From a virus (taxonomy: Duplodnaviria; Heunggongvirae; Uroviricota; Caudoviricetes), in IMG/VR virus record IMGVR_UViG_3300042868_009434: a DNA stretch of 64,000 bases; one strand, given 5' to 3'. The notes below the pieces were generated by a model. It did no database searches, was not told where the DNA came from, and saw only the letters and a program-made list of their open reading frames with translations. The translations under genes were made by a program, and so were the position numbers. Below are positions 10,785-19,447 of the stretch, in pieces. The stretch's first letter is position 1; each line of letters opens with the position of its first letter.

Positions 10785-11151
10785 ATTCTAATACCAAATC
10801 TCTTTCGTAGAGTTTGTCTTTTATTTTTTGTTCCGGAACACCAAATCTGAAAACCATTCTTTTTTGATTAGTCTCATCTTCTGTTTCCCATGCTAATGCA
10901 ATTATGTCGTCCATTGCATCCATCACTGAAAAAAAATCGGAGTTTTGAATCAATTCTAATTTTACATCAGTATCTCTCAAAACTCCTACTTTTTTAATAT
11001 ATTTTAAATCGGGTGGTTGAGGATATCCATTAGATGGTCGATTATCCCACGATTCACCCCACACGTCTAAAGTGTCCGAGAATATGAATTCGTAAAGATT
11101 ATCCCCTTTATAGTTAGGACCTAAACCATTTACGTAAATCAAATAACTCAT
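10756..11151 (-). CDS. Hypothetical protein, 131 aa
   Basis: ORF with overlapping gene junctions. Confidence 0.4.
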   Translation of the reverse strand: MSYLIYVNGLGPNYKGDNLYEFIFSDTLDVWGESWDNRPSNGYPQPPDLKYIKKVGVLRDTDVKLELIQNSDFFSVMDAMDDIIALAWETEDETNQKRMVFRFGVPEQKIKDKLYERDLVLEFEKKVIYEN

Positions 11152-12461
11152 GACAATAATCCTTCAGGTGTGATTTTAATTTCTTTTCCTTTATTTTCAA
11201 AAACTAAATTATTTTTATTAGTTTTCCCTATAATTTTTGCTCCTAAGTTTTCTTCTAAAAATTTTTGAGAAGCTAATTCTTGTTCAATAGTTTCAGTTAA
11301 TTTAACAACTGATTTCATTTGTCTTCTAACCTCAGTAATTGTTTTGGTTTTTCTTTCCGCAGTTTTTTGTCTATTCTCAACAATTTCTTTTTTAGAAACT
11401 TCAAAATATTTTGATAATACTTTATCTACTTTAGACTCTCCAAAAATACTATCAAAGATAGCTCCGTTTCCGTAATCTGAATCTTTTTTCTTGAATTTAG
11501 AATATTTGTACGAATCCTCATCATTATAAAAATCATCAGGATTAACATCATTAACATCGTCGTACTCATAACCTTCTCCCATATCACCTTCAACAGCAAC
11601 ATCCATATCAGCTTGGATATCTTCAACTTCACTATCGTCAGTTAAGTCTTCACCATCCATATCGTCACCACCTAAATCTTCAGTATCATCTTCAAATTTA
11701 GATAAAATATCTTCTCTATCTTCTTCAGTTAATTCATTTAAATCAAATGAAGATAACACCATATTAATAACGTATTTCATATTCTCAGAAGTCATTCCTT
11801 CTTCAGAATCTAATGTTCTAATTTTTTGAGTTAATTTACCCGTTAACTTTTGAATTGTTTTGAAAGTCACTTGTTCGTTAGAACCTCCTTCATCTTCCAC
11901 GTCAACTTCAGTATCAACATCAACTTCAGTATCTTCTAACCCTAAGTCATCATCAGACATATCTTCCATACCTGCGTCTTCCATACCCATATCACCCATT
12001 GGTGATGGTGGTAATTCCGGTGATGGAACTGCTGGTGGTGCCGACGGAACCGCTGCCGGTGCCGGAGCATCTATCTGCGGTTTTGGTGTTTTTAATGTGA
12101 ATTTTTTTTGTTCACCATATAAAGACAAACCTTCTTCATTTTCGTTAAGTCTATTTAACTCACCAGCAACTAAGTTTAATCTTTTGAATGCTTGCGAATA
12201 TGAAGAATAGTATTTTCTATTTTTCATTGGCTCCATATAATCTGTTTCAGATTCTGAAATAGTTTTCTTAATGATATAACCTTGTCTCTCTTTAACAATT
12301 TCATATTTATTACCATCAGCAAGACTAATAGAATATTCTGATGTCGCATTTTCGTTTATACGATTAGGAATTACTTCATTGAAACGAGCAATTTCCATAA
12401 TTCTTTTTAATTTTTGGTCCCCTGTTAGTTTTTCACTACCAATTGGTTTTAAATTTCCCAT
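11148..12461 (-). CDS. Hypothetical acidic protein with a Pro/Ala-rich linker
   Basis: 437 aa containing a PAPAAVPSAPPAVPSPELPP segment and D/E-rich tracts. Confidence 0.45.
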   Translation of the reverse strand: MGNLKPIGSEKLTGDQKLKRIMEIARFNEVIPNRINENATSEYSISLADGNKYEIVKERQGYIIKKTISESETDYMEPMKNRKYYSSYSQAFKRLNLVAGELNRLNENEEGLSLYGEQKKFTLKTPKPQIDAPAPAAVPSAPPAVPSPELPPSPMGDMGMEDAGMEDMSDDDLGLEDTEVDVDTEVDVEDEGGSNEQVTFKTIQKLTGKLTQKIRTLDSEEGMTSENMKYVINMVLSSFDLNELTEEDREDILSKFEDDTEDLGGDDMDGEDLTDDSEVEDIQADMDVAVEGDMGEGYEYDDVNDVNPDDFYNDEDSYKYSKFKKKDSDYGNGAIFDSIFGESKVDKVLSKYFEVSKKEIVENRQKTAERKTKTITEVRRQMKSVVKLTETIEQELASQKFLEENLGAKIIGKTNKNNLVFENKGKEIKITPEGLLS

Positions 12462-12483
12462 TGTATATTAATTTGTTTTGTTT

Positions 12484-13329
12484 TTAATTATTTAATCCGT
12501 TAAATCCACCTAACGTAATTGCGTTTAACTGAGCGTATGGTACTCCATATGCGTCGGTATAGATAGGGTGTGGTGCAATTCCATTTGCCGGTCCTCCCTC
12601 AGTAATTGACCCACCACTAAAGTTACCTAATATTTCAACAGTATACGCATATTGATTATCAACACTAATTCCTGACAACGGCCATGGACTTGGTGATGGT
12701 GTTTGAGTTTGTGTTGGTGTTGGCGTGTTTGTCGGCGTATTTGTTGGTGTACCCGTATTTGTTGGTGTATTTGTAGGTGTAGGTGTTTGAGTACCTGTAT
12801 TAGTCGGTGTGTTTGTAGGTGTAGGTGTTTGAGTACTTGTGTTAGTCGGAGTATTGGTTGGCGTACTTGTATTAGTTGGTGTATTTGTTGGAGTAGGAGT
12901 TTGAGTATTTGTTGCCGTTACAGATGGAGTTGGTGTATTTGTTGGAGTATTTGTTGGTGTACCTGTCTGAGTCTGAGTTTGAGTTTGAGTTGGCGTTTGA
13001 GTTGGTGTTGGAGTTGAGGTATTTGTTGCAGTTACCGATGGAGTTGGGGTATTTGTTGGAGTTGAAGTTTGAGTCGGTGTCGGTGTTGGAGTTGGATTAG
13101 CATCTAAACACGGTATACATTCACTATAATTTGTTGACATGGTTGCAACATAATCTGAACCCGTTCCTGGTTCCGCAGTATCAACTACTTCATAACATCC
13201 CTGAGTTGTTACACCTGTGAATGTTAAATAATAATTTCCTCCCACTGCTGGAAGTGATGAACCGTTAAATTCTACGGTTAGTGATGAACCACCCGCGCAA
13301 GGTGCTATAAGATATGTAACGAATGCCAT
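12484..13329 (-). CDS. Putative virion structural protein with a long (T-P-T-N/Q) repeat linker
   Basis: 281 aa. A Cys-containing N-domain is followed by about 35 TPTN-type repeats and a Gly-rich C-domain. A TATAAATA motif lies 12 nt upstream. Confidence 0.5.
   Translation of the reverse strand: MAFVTYLIAPCAGGSSLTVEFNGSSLPAVGGNYYLTFTGVTTQGCYEVVDTAEPGTGSDYVATMSTNYSECIPCLDANPTPTPTPTQTSTPTNTPTPSVTATNTSTPTPTQTPTQTQTQTQTGTPTNTPTNTPTPSVTATNTQTPTPTNTPTNTSTPTNTPTNTSTQTPTPTNTPTNTGTQTPTPTNTPTNTGTPTNTPTNTPTPTQTQTPSPSPWPLSGISVDNQYAYTVEILGNFSGGSITEGGPANGIAPHPIYTDAYGVPYAQLNAITLGGFNGLNN
12690..13100. repeat. Tandem 12-nt coding repeats (ACNCCNACAAAT-like) encoding the TPTN linker
   Basis: Direct periodic repeats are visible in the sequence: ggtgt..gt.tt.gt.gg in many copies. 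Confidence 0.7.
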
Positions 13330-13337
13330 TTAATTTT

Positions 13338-13352
13338 TTATTTATAAATATA
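13338..13352 (-). promoter_or_regulatory. T4-late-promoter-like TATAAATA
   Basis: The minus strand reads atatttataaataaaaaattaaATG, which includes an exact TATAAATA. Confidence 0.45.
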
Positions 13353-13383
13353 CGATTATTAACAATTATTGAAATTTTACCAA

Positions 13384-14115
13384 CTAATCCTCCATTTTTC
13401 TTTCAACGGATAGTTCTTTGTCGGTACCTTTATTTATTGAATTAAATAATTTTTCAATATGTTCGGACCTTCTCAAATATTTAAACACCAAATTTTCATA
13501 GGATAATTCCCCATCACCATCCAATCCGGATTGTCGATATTTCTTTAATTTCTCTTTAAGTGATTCAAGAACTTTGACATTACCATTCTCTACGGCAGTA
13601 TCAATTTTTTCAACCCAATTTTGTATTTTATCCTCAAGAACTTTTTTATCTATTTCTAAATTCATTTTCTTTGGGACATTAATCCATTTGTTATTCATCA
13701 CAGAATAAACACCTGAACTAGTATGAGGTTCTTCGGCATCTTGGGCGTATAATTCAACATCATATCCAAATATTTTAATATTGTGTTTGTCGTTAAAAAG
13801 TTGTTTTTTTAAATTGAATAGTTCTTTGTATAATTCATCCTCATCTCCGTATTCGTCCATGTCAACAATAATGTGTAAATCAAAATCAGAAAATTCCGAC
13901 CAATTAAAATTTGAAAGAGAACCGGTTAGGACAACATCTTCAACAAATACATCATCACCCAAATAGTTGACAAATTCCTCAGCAATACGCTCAAGAGCTT
14001 TTCTAACTTTAGGAATCATAGTTGACTTTTTAGGGTCAGTAGGATTTTCCCATACTTTTGGGTTAAGTGTATCTTTAATAGTGAAACTATTAAGTATTTG
14101 TTGTAATTTACTCAT
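13384..14115 (-). CDS. Pol-beta superfamily nucleotidyltransferase (minimal NTase fold) protein
   Basis: The motif LTGSLSNFNWSEFSDFDLHIIVD fits the G[SG]-x10-DhDh pattern. It is followed by a helical C-terminal domain. Confidence 0.5.
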   Translation of the reverse strand: MSKLQQILNSFTIKDTLNPKVWENPTDPKKSTMIPKVRKALERIAEEFVNYLGDDVFVEDVVLTGSLSNFNWSEFSDFDLHIIVDMDEYGDEDELYKELFNLKKQLFNDKHNIKIFGYDVELYAQDAEEPHTSSGVYSVMNNKWINVPKKMNLEIDKKVLEDKIQNWVEKIDTAVENGNVKVLESLKEKLKKYRQSGLDGDGELSYENLVFKYLRRSEHIEKLFNSINKGTDKELSVERKMED

Positions 14116-14126
14116 TATTATAAATA

Positions 14127-14369
14127 CTACAGTTTCTTATACTTGTAGGCTTTTGATATATCAGTTACAAAATATTTTCCTTGAGACTCTGCTGCTCTGA
14201 ATTTTGTGTAGGTTTGGTGTGGAACTTCATCATACTCATACTTGAATCCATTGTTAAATTCAACAATCATTTTTTTTGTTTCAGTATCGTATTCTGTTCG
14301 TTTAATGTTTGACGATTTTATTTCATTAATAATCTTCGTCCCCTTGATTTCCTCTCTCGTAATCCCCAT
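14127..14369 (-). CDS. KTSC-domain-like small protein
   Basis: The segment IVEFNNGFKYEYDEVPHQTYTKFRAAESQGKYF fits the KTSC domain pattern (Y.Y..V....F..A.S.G.Y). Confidence 0.4.
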   Translation of the reverse strand: MGITREEIKGTKIINEIKSSNIKRTEYDTETKKMIVEFNNGFKYEYDEVPHQTYTKFRAAESQGKYFVTDISKAYKYKKL

Positions 14370-14658
14370 CGCTTAGTGGTGTTAGTTCGTTTATGTTTTT
14401 TAAAATAGGTTTCAAATATTCATTAAAATCCTCTTTTTCTACCTCAAAACCTAAGTCCTTCATCTGTTGAAGTAAATCTCTTATTTCACCACCAAATTTT
14501 TCATGAAGTGTCATTAATTGTGCCGAGTAATATGGTGGCCTTTCTAAATCCTTTTCACTCCACCCTTCTGATTGGAAATATTGTCTTATCTTAAGATATA
14601 TTTCAATTATGCGTTGTAACCCAACACTACTAACTAAAAAATTTTCAAATGGTCTCAT
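14326..14658 (-). CDS. Hypothetical protein, 110 aa
   Basis: ORF only. Confidence 0.35.
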   Translation of the reverse strand: MRPFENFLVSSVGLQRIIEIYLKIRQYFQSEGWSEKDLERPPYYSAQLMTLHEKFGGEIRDLLQQMKDLGFEVEKEDFNEYLKPILKNINELTPLSDGDYERGNQGDEDY

Positions 14659-14674
14659 ACTTATAAATATAACT

Positions 14675-15244
14675 ATGGACGTAACTGAAACATTTATTAA
14701 GCACGGAGATTACAATGTCGAGAATATTTTAAAAATAATTAAAGACAATAATTTGGATTGGGATGAATTCACCGATAGACAAAAAAGGTATAATTCTGAA
14801 CACGTCCACACAAAAACAATTCCAATAATTTTTGATAAGTCATTTAATTTTAACCATTTAAAAATAATCCCAACTACTCATTACCCTTTATTTAAAGAAG
14901 AGATTACCAAAATTGAGGATATTATTAAACTCAATACCGGAGAAAATGGCAGAATTATGAGGGCTTTATTAGTTAAGTTAACTGCCGGAGAATCCATCAG
15001 ACCTCATGTTGATATTGTAGGATTTAGTTTGGTTATTTGCCGAAGAATCCACATACCAATTCAAACAAATGAAGATTGTTTTTTTACGGTAGGTGATGAT
15101 AAAAGAAATCTAAAATTAGGTGAGCTATGGGAAATTAACAACGACAAACAAAAACACTCTGTTGATAATTTTGGGGAAACCGATAGAATACATTTAATTG
15201 TTGATTGGATTGAAGAATCTTTATTTGAATCATATGGTATCTAA
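14675..15244 (+). CDS. Aspartyl/asparaginyl beta-hydroxylase-like 2OG-Fe(II) oxygenase (cupin)
   Basis: Candidate iron-binding motifs are RPHVD and RIHIPIQ/RIHLIVD. The start is taken at the internal Met MDVTETF. Confidence 0.5.
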   Translation: MDVTETFIKHGDYNVENILKIIKDNNLDWDEFTDRQKRYNSEHVHTKTIPIIFDKSFNFNHLKIIPTTHYPLFKEEITKIEDIIKLNTGENGRIMRALLVKLTAGESIRPHVDIVGFSLVICRRIHIPIQTNEDCFFTVGDDKRNLKLGELWEINNDKQKHSVDNFGETDRIHLIVDWIEESLFESYGI

Positions 15245-15911
15245 AACACAAAAAATAATATTTTTATATCCTCCAAAAACAGCATCTAATTCTTTACGTG
15301 TTAGTTTAAATAATAATGGGTTTATTGAAGACACACAAAATGACACATATCTTACACCAAAACTTCACTTAAAATTAGATGAAATTATGGTTGCCTATGA
15401 TATCGAGTCTCTTGACGGATATAAAGTTATACAAGTAACTAGAAATCCTTATGATAGAATGATATCCGGATATTACCATCAAATTAGGATTTTTAATCGA
15501 CCTGACTTTGAATCAAGTGCTTCGATTAGTGGATACACATTTGACCAATTTTTACTTCATTTAAACTCAACAAAAAATTCTGAAAATTTTATTGATGATT
15601 TTTATTGTGATTCATCTCATCACATCAACTATGTTATTGAAAATAAAAAATCATGGGGAGGAATTCGATTTTACTACACTCAAAGTAGTTGGAAAAACGT
15701 AGATTGTGATTTTTATCATTTTAAGTTAGAGGATTTAAGTAAAGACATCAAACCGTTAAGTGATTTAATCAACTTACCTTTGTCCCCCTTATATCAAATT
15801 AACCCTAACCCTATAAAGGTTAATTATGAAACCCACAAAACACCTCAAAATAAATTAATCATTCAAAATTTATTTTCAGAAGATTTCGATACTTTTGGAT
15901 ATGAAAAATAA
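15234..15911 (+). CDS. PAPS-dependent sulfotransferase-like protein
   Basis: A 5-prime PSB motif YPPKTASNSL and a 3-prime PB motif VTRNPYDRMISGY (RxPxxRxxS) are present. The start overlaps the previous stop (ATGGTATCTAA). Confidence 0.55.
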   Translation: MVSKTQKIIFLYPPKTASNSLRVSLNNNGFIEDTQNDTYLTPKLHLKLDEIMVAYDIESLDGYKVIQVTRNPYDRMISGYYHQIRIFNRPDFESSASISGYTFDQFLLHLNSTKNSENFIDDFYCDSSHHINYVIENKKSWGGIRFYYTQSSWKNVDCDFYHFKLEDLSKDIKPLSDLINLPLSPLYQINPNPIKVNYETHKTPQNKLIIQNLFSEDFDTFGYEK

Positions 15912-15942
15912 AACCCCACCTAATGGGCGGGGTTTCTTTTTA
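15911..15942. terminator. Bidirectional rho-independent terminator hairpin
   Basis: The hairpin aaccccacctaatgggcggggtt is followed by a T-run. It lies between convergent genes. Confidence 0.55.
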
Positions 15943-16317
15943 CTTCTTTAATTTCTTTAATTCATCACGAATTTCAATTGACCTTTCAAAATTATGGTCC
16001 TTAATTGTTTGTTTCAACTCTTCTTCAAGTTTCGTAATGGTTTCTTGATTAAGTTCCATTTTTTTAATTTGGTCTCTAATTTCAACCGCTTTTTCAAAGT
16101 CTTCATTTTCGATTGCCAACTCAAGTTGTCGTTTTAAACCATTTGCACCTTTATGTGTCTTTGGTTCATTACTTCTATAATAAGTAGTAACTTTCATAGT
16201 ACCATCTTCAGATACTTTAGTTTGTGATTTCCATTCCCCTAAACGAGAATCGAACTGAGCGAACATATCATCAAACGCTCTTAAAATGTCATTAAAGTTT
16301 TTTTCGTTTCCAAACAT
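15940..16317 (-). CDS. UVR (UvrB/UvrC-motif) domain protein with two UVR motifs
   Basis: The motifs EDFEKAVEIRDQIKKME and ERSIEIRDELKKLKK are present. The gene is divergent from the ClpC-like gene. Confidence 0.55.
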   Translation of the reverse strand: MFGNEKNFNDILRAFDDMFAQFDSRLGEWKSQTKVSEDGTMKVTTYYRSNEPKTHKGANGLKRQLELAIENEDFEKAVEIRDQIKKMELNQETITKLEEELKQTIKDHNFERSIEIRDELKKLKK

Positions 16318-16489
16318 AATTTTATTTTTTTATTCAGATTTATTTTTATACCTTTGTACTATTCAAATAATATACCATTCGAATAAATATGTCAATATGT
16401 CAGGTTAAAAAAAATTTACTGACAATTTGTCGAAAAATTAGGATAAGAATAAAATTTGATGGACCTTTGTAAAATAAAATTAGAAAACT

Positions 16490-18505
16490 ATGAACGACTT
16501 AATGGACGAAAACGACAAATCAGGTAACAGAGCTCAAAAACAAGCTATGGACACAAATACTCCTGTATTAGACAATTTCAGTAGAGATTTAAACAAACTA
16601 GCGGAGGCAGGTAAATTAGACCCTGTAATTGGTAGAGATGCCGAGATTTTGAGAATCGCACAAATCCTTTCTCGTAGAAAAAAGAATAACCCTATTATCA
16701 TAGGTGAGCCCGGGTGTGGTAAAACTGCACTTGTTGAGGGTCTTGCCATGAAAATCGTAAGTGGAGAATGCCCAAGAAACTTAGTGGACAAAAGAATCGT
16801 GAACCTTGATTTAACTTCAGTTGTTGCAGGTACCAAGTATCGTGGACAATTCGAAGAAAGAATGAAAGTGATTATTGAAGAACTAAGTGCAAATCCAAAC
16901 ATCATCGTGTTTATTGATGAGATTCATACATTAGTTGGTTCAGGTAATTCATCAGGTTCAATGGATGGTTCAAACATCTTCAAACCAGCACTTGCTCGTG
17001 GTGAGGTTCAATGTATTGGAGCAACAACTCTTGATGAGTTCCGTAAGAACATTGAAAAAGACGGAGCATTGGAAAGAAGATTCCAAAAAGTAGTTGTGGA
17101 ACCATCAACAGTTGAGGAAACAATCGAAATCCTTAAAAATGTTCGTGATAAATACGAATCATACCACAAGGTATTGTACAGTGACGAAGTTGTTGAAACT
17201 TGTGTTAAATTGGCGGACCGTTATATTACCGACCGTGAGTTTCCGGATAAAGCGTTTGATATCTTAGATGAGGTTGGGGCTCGTATGCAAACCGAGATTA
17301 AAGTTCCTGAAGTTATTGAGGAATTGAAAAAGAAAGCTGCGGAGATTAAAATTGAGAAAATGGAAGTAGTTAAAAAACAAAACTACGAACAAGCGGCCCA
17401 ACTTAGAGATAAGGAGAAAAAATTGTTAATCAAACTTGAGGCGGAAAAAGAGAAGTTTTCAAAACAAATGGATTTGGAAAAACAAACTATTGTTCTTGAA
17501 ACTGTTTATCAAGTTGTATCAAGTATGACTAAGATTCCTGTGAATAAAATGGACGCAGATGACTCTAAAGCATTGATGAATTTAGATAAATCAATCATGG
17601 GTAAAGTAATTGGTCAAGACGCGGCTGTTGTTAAGATTGCTAAATCAATCAAGAGAAACCGTTTAGGTATCAAAGACCCTAACAGACCTATTGGTTCATT
17701 TATCTTCTTAGGTTCAACCGGAGTGGGTAAAACTCACTTGGCAAAACAATTGGCTAAAGAGATGTTTGGAACTGAAGATTCACTTATCCGTGTGGATATG
17801 TCAGAATACCAAGAGAAACACTCAATCTCTAAATTGGTTGGAGCACCTCCGGGATATGTTGGGTATGAAGAAGGTGGATTATTAACTGAGAAAGTTAAAA
17901 ACAAACCATATTCTGTTATCTTATTTGATGAGGTGGAGAAAGCTCACAAAGATGTCTTCACGGTTTTACTTCAAATCTTGGATGATGGATTTGTAACCGA
18001 TAGTTTAGGTAGAAAGATTAACTTCAAGAATACCTTGATTATCTTAACCTCTAACTTGGGTGTTAAGAAATTACAAGACTTCGGTACTGGTATTGGTTTC
18101 TCAAATAACTCATACGCAGATGAGGAGGCGAAAAAACAAATCTTGATGAAAGAAATGAAAAACTTCTTCTCTCCGGAGTTTATTAACCGTATTGACGACA
18201 CTATTGTCTTCAATTCATTATCTCCTGAAGATATTGAAAAAATTACAGAGATTGAGTTAAAGAAATTAATGACTCGTCTTGGTGATATGAAATACACAGT
18301 AACCTACAATGATGAAGTAGTAAAATACTTGGCTAAGATTGGGTTCGATGAAGTGTACGGAGCAAGACCATTGAAGAGAGCAATCCAAGATAAGATTGAG
18401 GATTTGTTATCTGAAGAAGTGTTAACCGGTAAAATGATTGAAGGTAAATCTTACCAAATTAAAATGGATGGAGAGGATATCAAAATCACTAAAAAAGGTA
18501 GATAA
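16490..18505 (+). CDS. clpC: ClpC/ClpA-type AAA+ unfoldase with two nucleotide-binding domains and no N-domain
   Basis: D1 Walker A is GEPGCGKTA and D2 Walker A is GSTGVGKTH. The UVR-like middle domain reads YEQAAQLRDKEKKL. Candidate ClpP-docking loops are GTGIGFS and the GARPLKR sensor. Confidence 0.85.
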   Translation: MNDLMDENDKSGNRAQKQAMDTNTPVLDNFSRDLNKLAEAGKLDPVIGRDAEILRIAQILSRRKKNNPIIIGEPGCGKTALVEGLAMKIVSGECPRNLVDKRIVNLDLTSVVAGTKYRGQFEERMKVIIEELSANPNIIVFIDEIHTLVGSGNSSGSMDGSNIFKPALARGEVQCIGATTLDEFRKNIEKDGALERRFQKVVVEPSTVEETIEILKNVRDKYESYHKVLYSDEVVETCVKLADRYITDREFPDKAFDILDEVGARMQTEIKVPEVIEELKKKAAEIKIEKMEVVKKQNYEQAAQLRDKEKKLLIKLEAEKEKFSKQMDLEKQTIVLETVYQVVSSMTKIPVNKMDADDSKALMNLDKSIMGKVIGQDAAVVKIAKSIKRNRLGIKDPNRPIGSFIFLGSTGVGKTHLAKQLAKEMFGTEDSLIRVDMSEYQEKHSISKLVGAPPGYVGYEEGGLLTEKVKNKPYSVILFDEVEKAHKDVFTVLLQILDDGFVTDSLGRKINFKNTLIILTSNLGVKKLQDFGTGIGFSNNSYADEEAKKQILMKEMKNFFSPEFINRIDDTIVFNSLSPEDIEKITEIELKKLMTRLGDMKYTVTYNDEVVKYLAKIGFDEVYGARPLKRAIQDKIEDLLSEEVLTGKMIEGKSYQIKMDGEDIKITKKGR

Positions 18506-18510
18506 TAAGG

Positions 18511-18538
18511 AAGGGGATGAAAATCCCCTTTTTTTTTG
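18511..18538 (+). terminator. Rho-independent terminator after the ClpC-like gene
   Basis: The hairpin aggggatgaaaatcccct is followed by T9. Confidence 0.6.
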
Positions 18539-18558
18539 TTTTATAAATAGAGCATAAA

Positions 18559-18584
18559 AAAAGAGACCAAATGGTCTCTTTTAT
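18559..18584 (-). terminator. Terminator hairpin for the minus-strand peptidase gene
   Basis: The hairpin aagagaccaaatggtctctt is flanked by an A-run and a T-run. Confidence 0.5.
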
Positions 18585-18587
18585 ATT

Positions 18588-19430
18588 TTAGAAGAATCTG
18601 TGATTATATCTTGGAATCTCAACCACTTCTTTGTAGTGTAATTTATTTCCAAGTTTTTCAATCATTTGTCTTCCCATCTCAATTCCTTTAAAAACATCCT
18701 CAATCACCACATATTCGTTTGGTGTGTGATAATCGTAGTACCCAATTGAAAAGTTAATACAAGAAAAACTGAATTTACTTCTCAACGCGTAAACGTCAGT
18801 GTATGGGTGAACCATATATTGCATATCTTCGTTATGCATCCCTTCGGTTAATACTTGGTCACAAACCTCAAAGAACTCAGACTCCCTATCAAACAAATCT
18901 TGACTGAAACATTTCTCAGTAATCATCCAGTTCTCAGGGGCATCAAATTGAATACCATAACCAACATTGGTGAAAAATTCAGGGTCAGCCTTTTTGGAAC
19001 CGTGACATCCTGTTTCTTCAGATACGAAAAATGCAGCTTTTAAGTTTGGAACTTCTTTAAGTAATTTTAAACAAGCAAAAACACCACACTTATCATCACC
19101 ACCGATTCCGGTTGGTAATCCGTTTAAGTTGTAAGCCTTTAATGCGTCTTTAATCTCACCTTGAGCGTTTGGTAATTGTTCTTCATGAACAATAATTGTA
19201 TCTAATCGGTGAACCGTATCGGTATGAGCAATAACACATGGGAAATAAAAATCTTCAGGAAGTGTTTCAAATTCTTTTTTTGTTGCATAAACATTTTTGT
19301 GTTCATCAACGTAATGTTCTATGTTGTTTTCGGTCAACCAATTCTGTAAAAACTCGACCATAAGGTCTTCTTGATAAGTTACGGTTGGAACACTAAGAAC
19401 TTCTTTTAATAATAATATATCGTTTGTCAT
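18588..19430 (-). CDS. M20/M28/M42-family metallopeptidase-like protein
   Basis: Motifs HTDTVH, GGDDKCG and SEETGCHG resemble the metal-ligand motifs of aminopeptidases. Confidence 0.5.
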   Translation of the reverse strand: MTNDILLLKEVLSVPTVTYQEDLMVEFLQNWLTENNIEHYVDEHKNVYATKKEFETLPEDFYFPCVIAHTDTVHRLDTIIVHEEQLPNAQGEIKDALKAYNLNGLPTGIGGDDKCGVFACLKLLKEVPNLKAAFFVSEETGCHGSKKADPEFFTNVGYGIQFDAPENWMITEKCFSQDLFDRESEFFEVCDQVLTEGMHNEDMQYMVHPYTDVYALRSKFSFSCINFSIGYYDYHTPNEYVVIEDVFKGIEMGRQMIEKLGNKLHYKEVVEIPRYNHRFF

Positions 19431-19447
19431 GGGACAAAGATAATAAA

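Noticed and set aside
12703-13100. Cys/Trp/Arg-rich plus-strand ORFs (12703-13017, 12909-13100)
   Set aside because: Antisense or frame-shifted readings of the TPTN tandem repeat; periodic composition only.
12690-13100. Possible CRISPR array because of regular short repeats
   Set aside because: Repeats are 12 nt and contiguous with no spacers, and they sit inside a long ORF encoding a Pro/Thr linker; not CRISPR.
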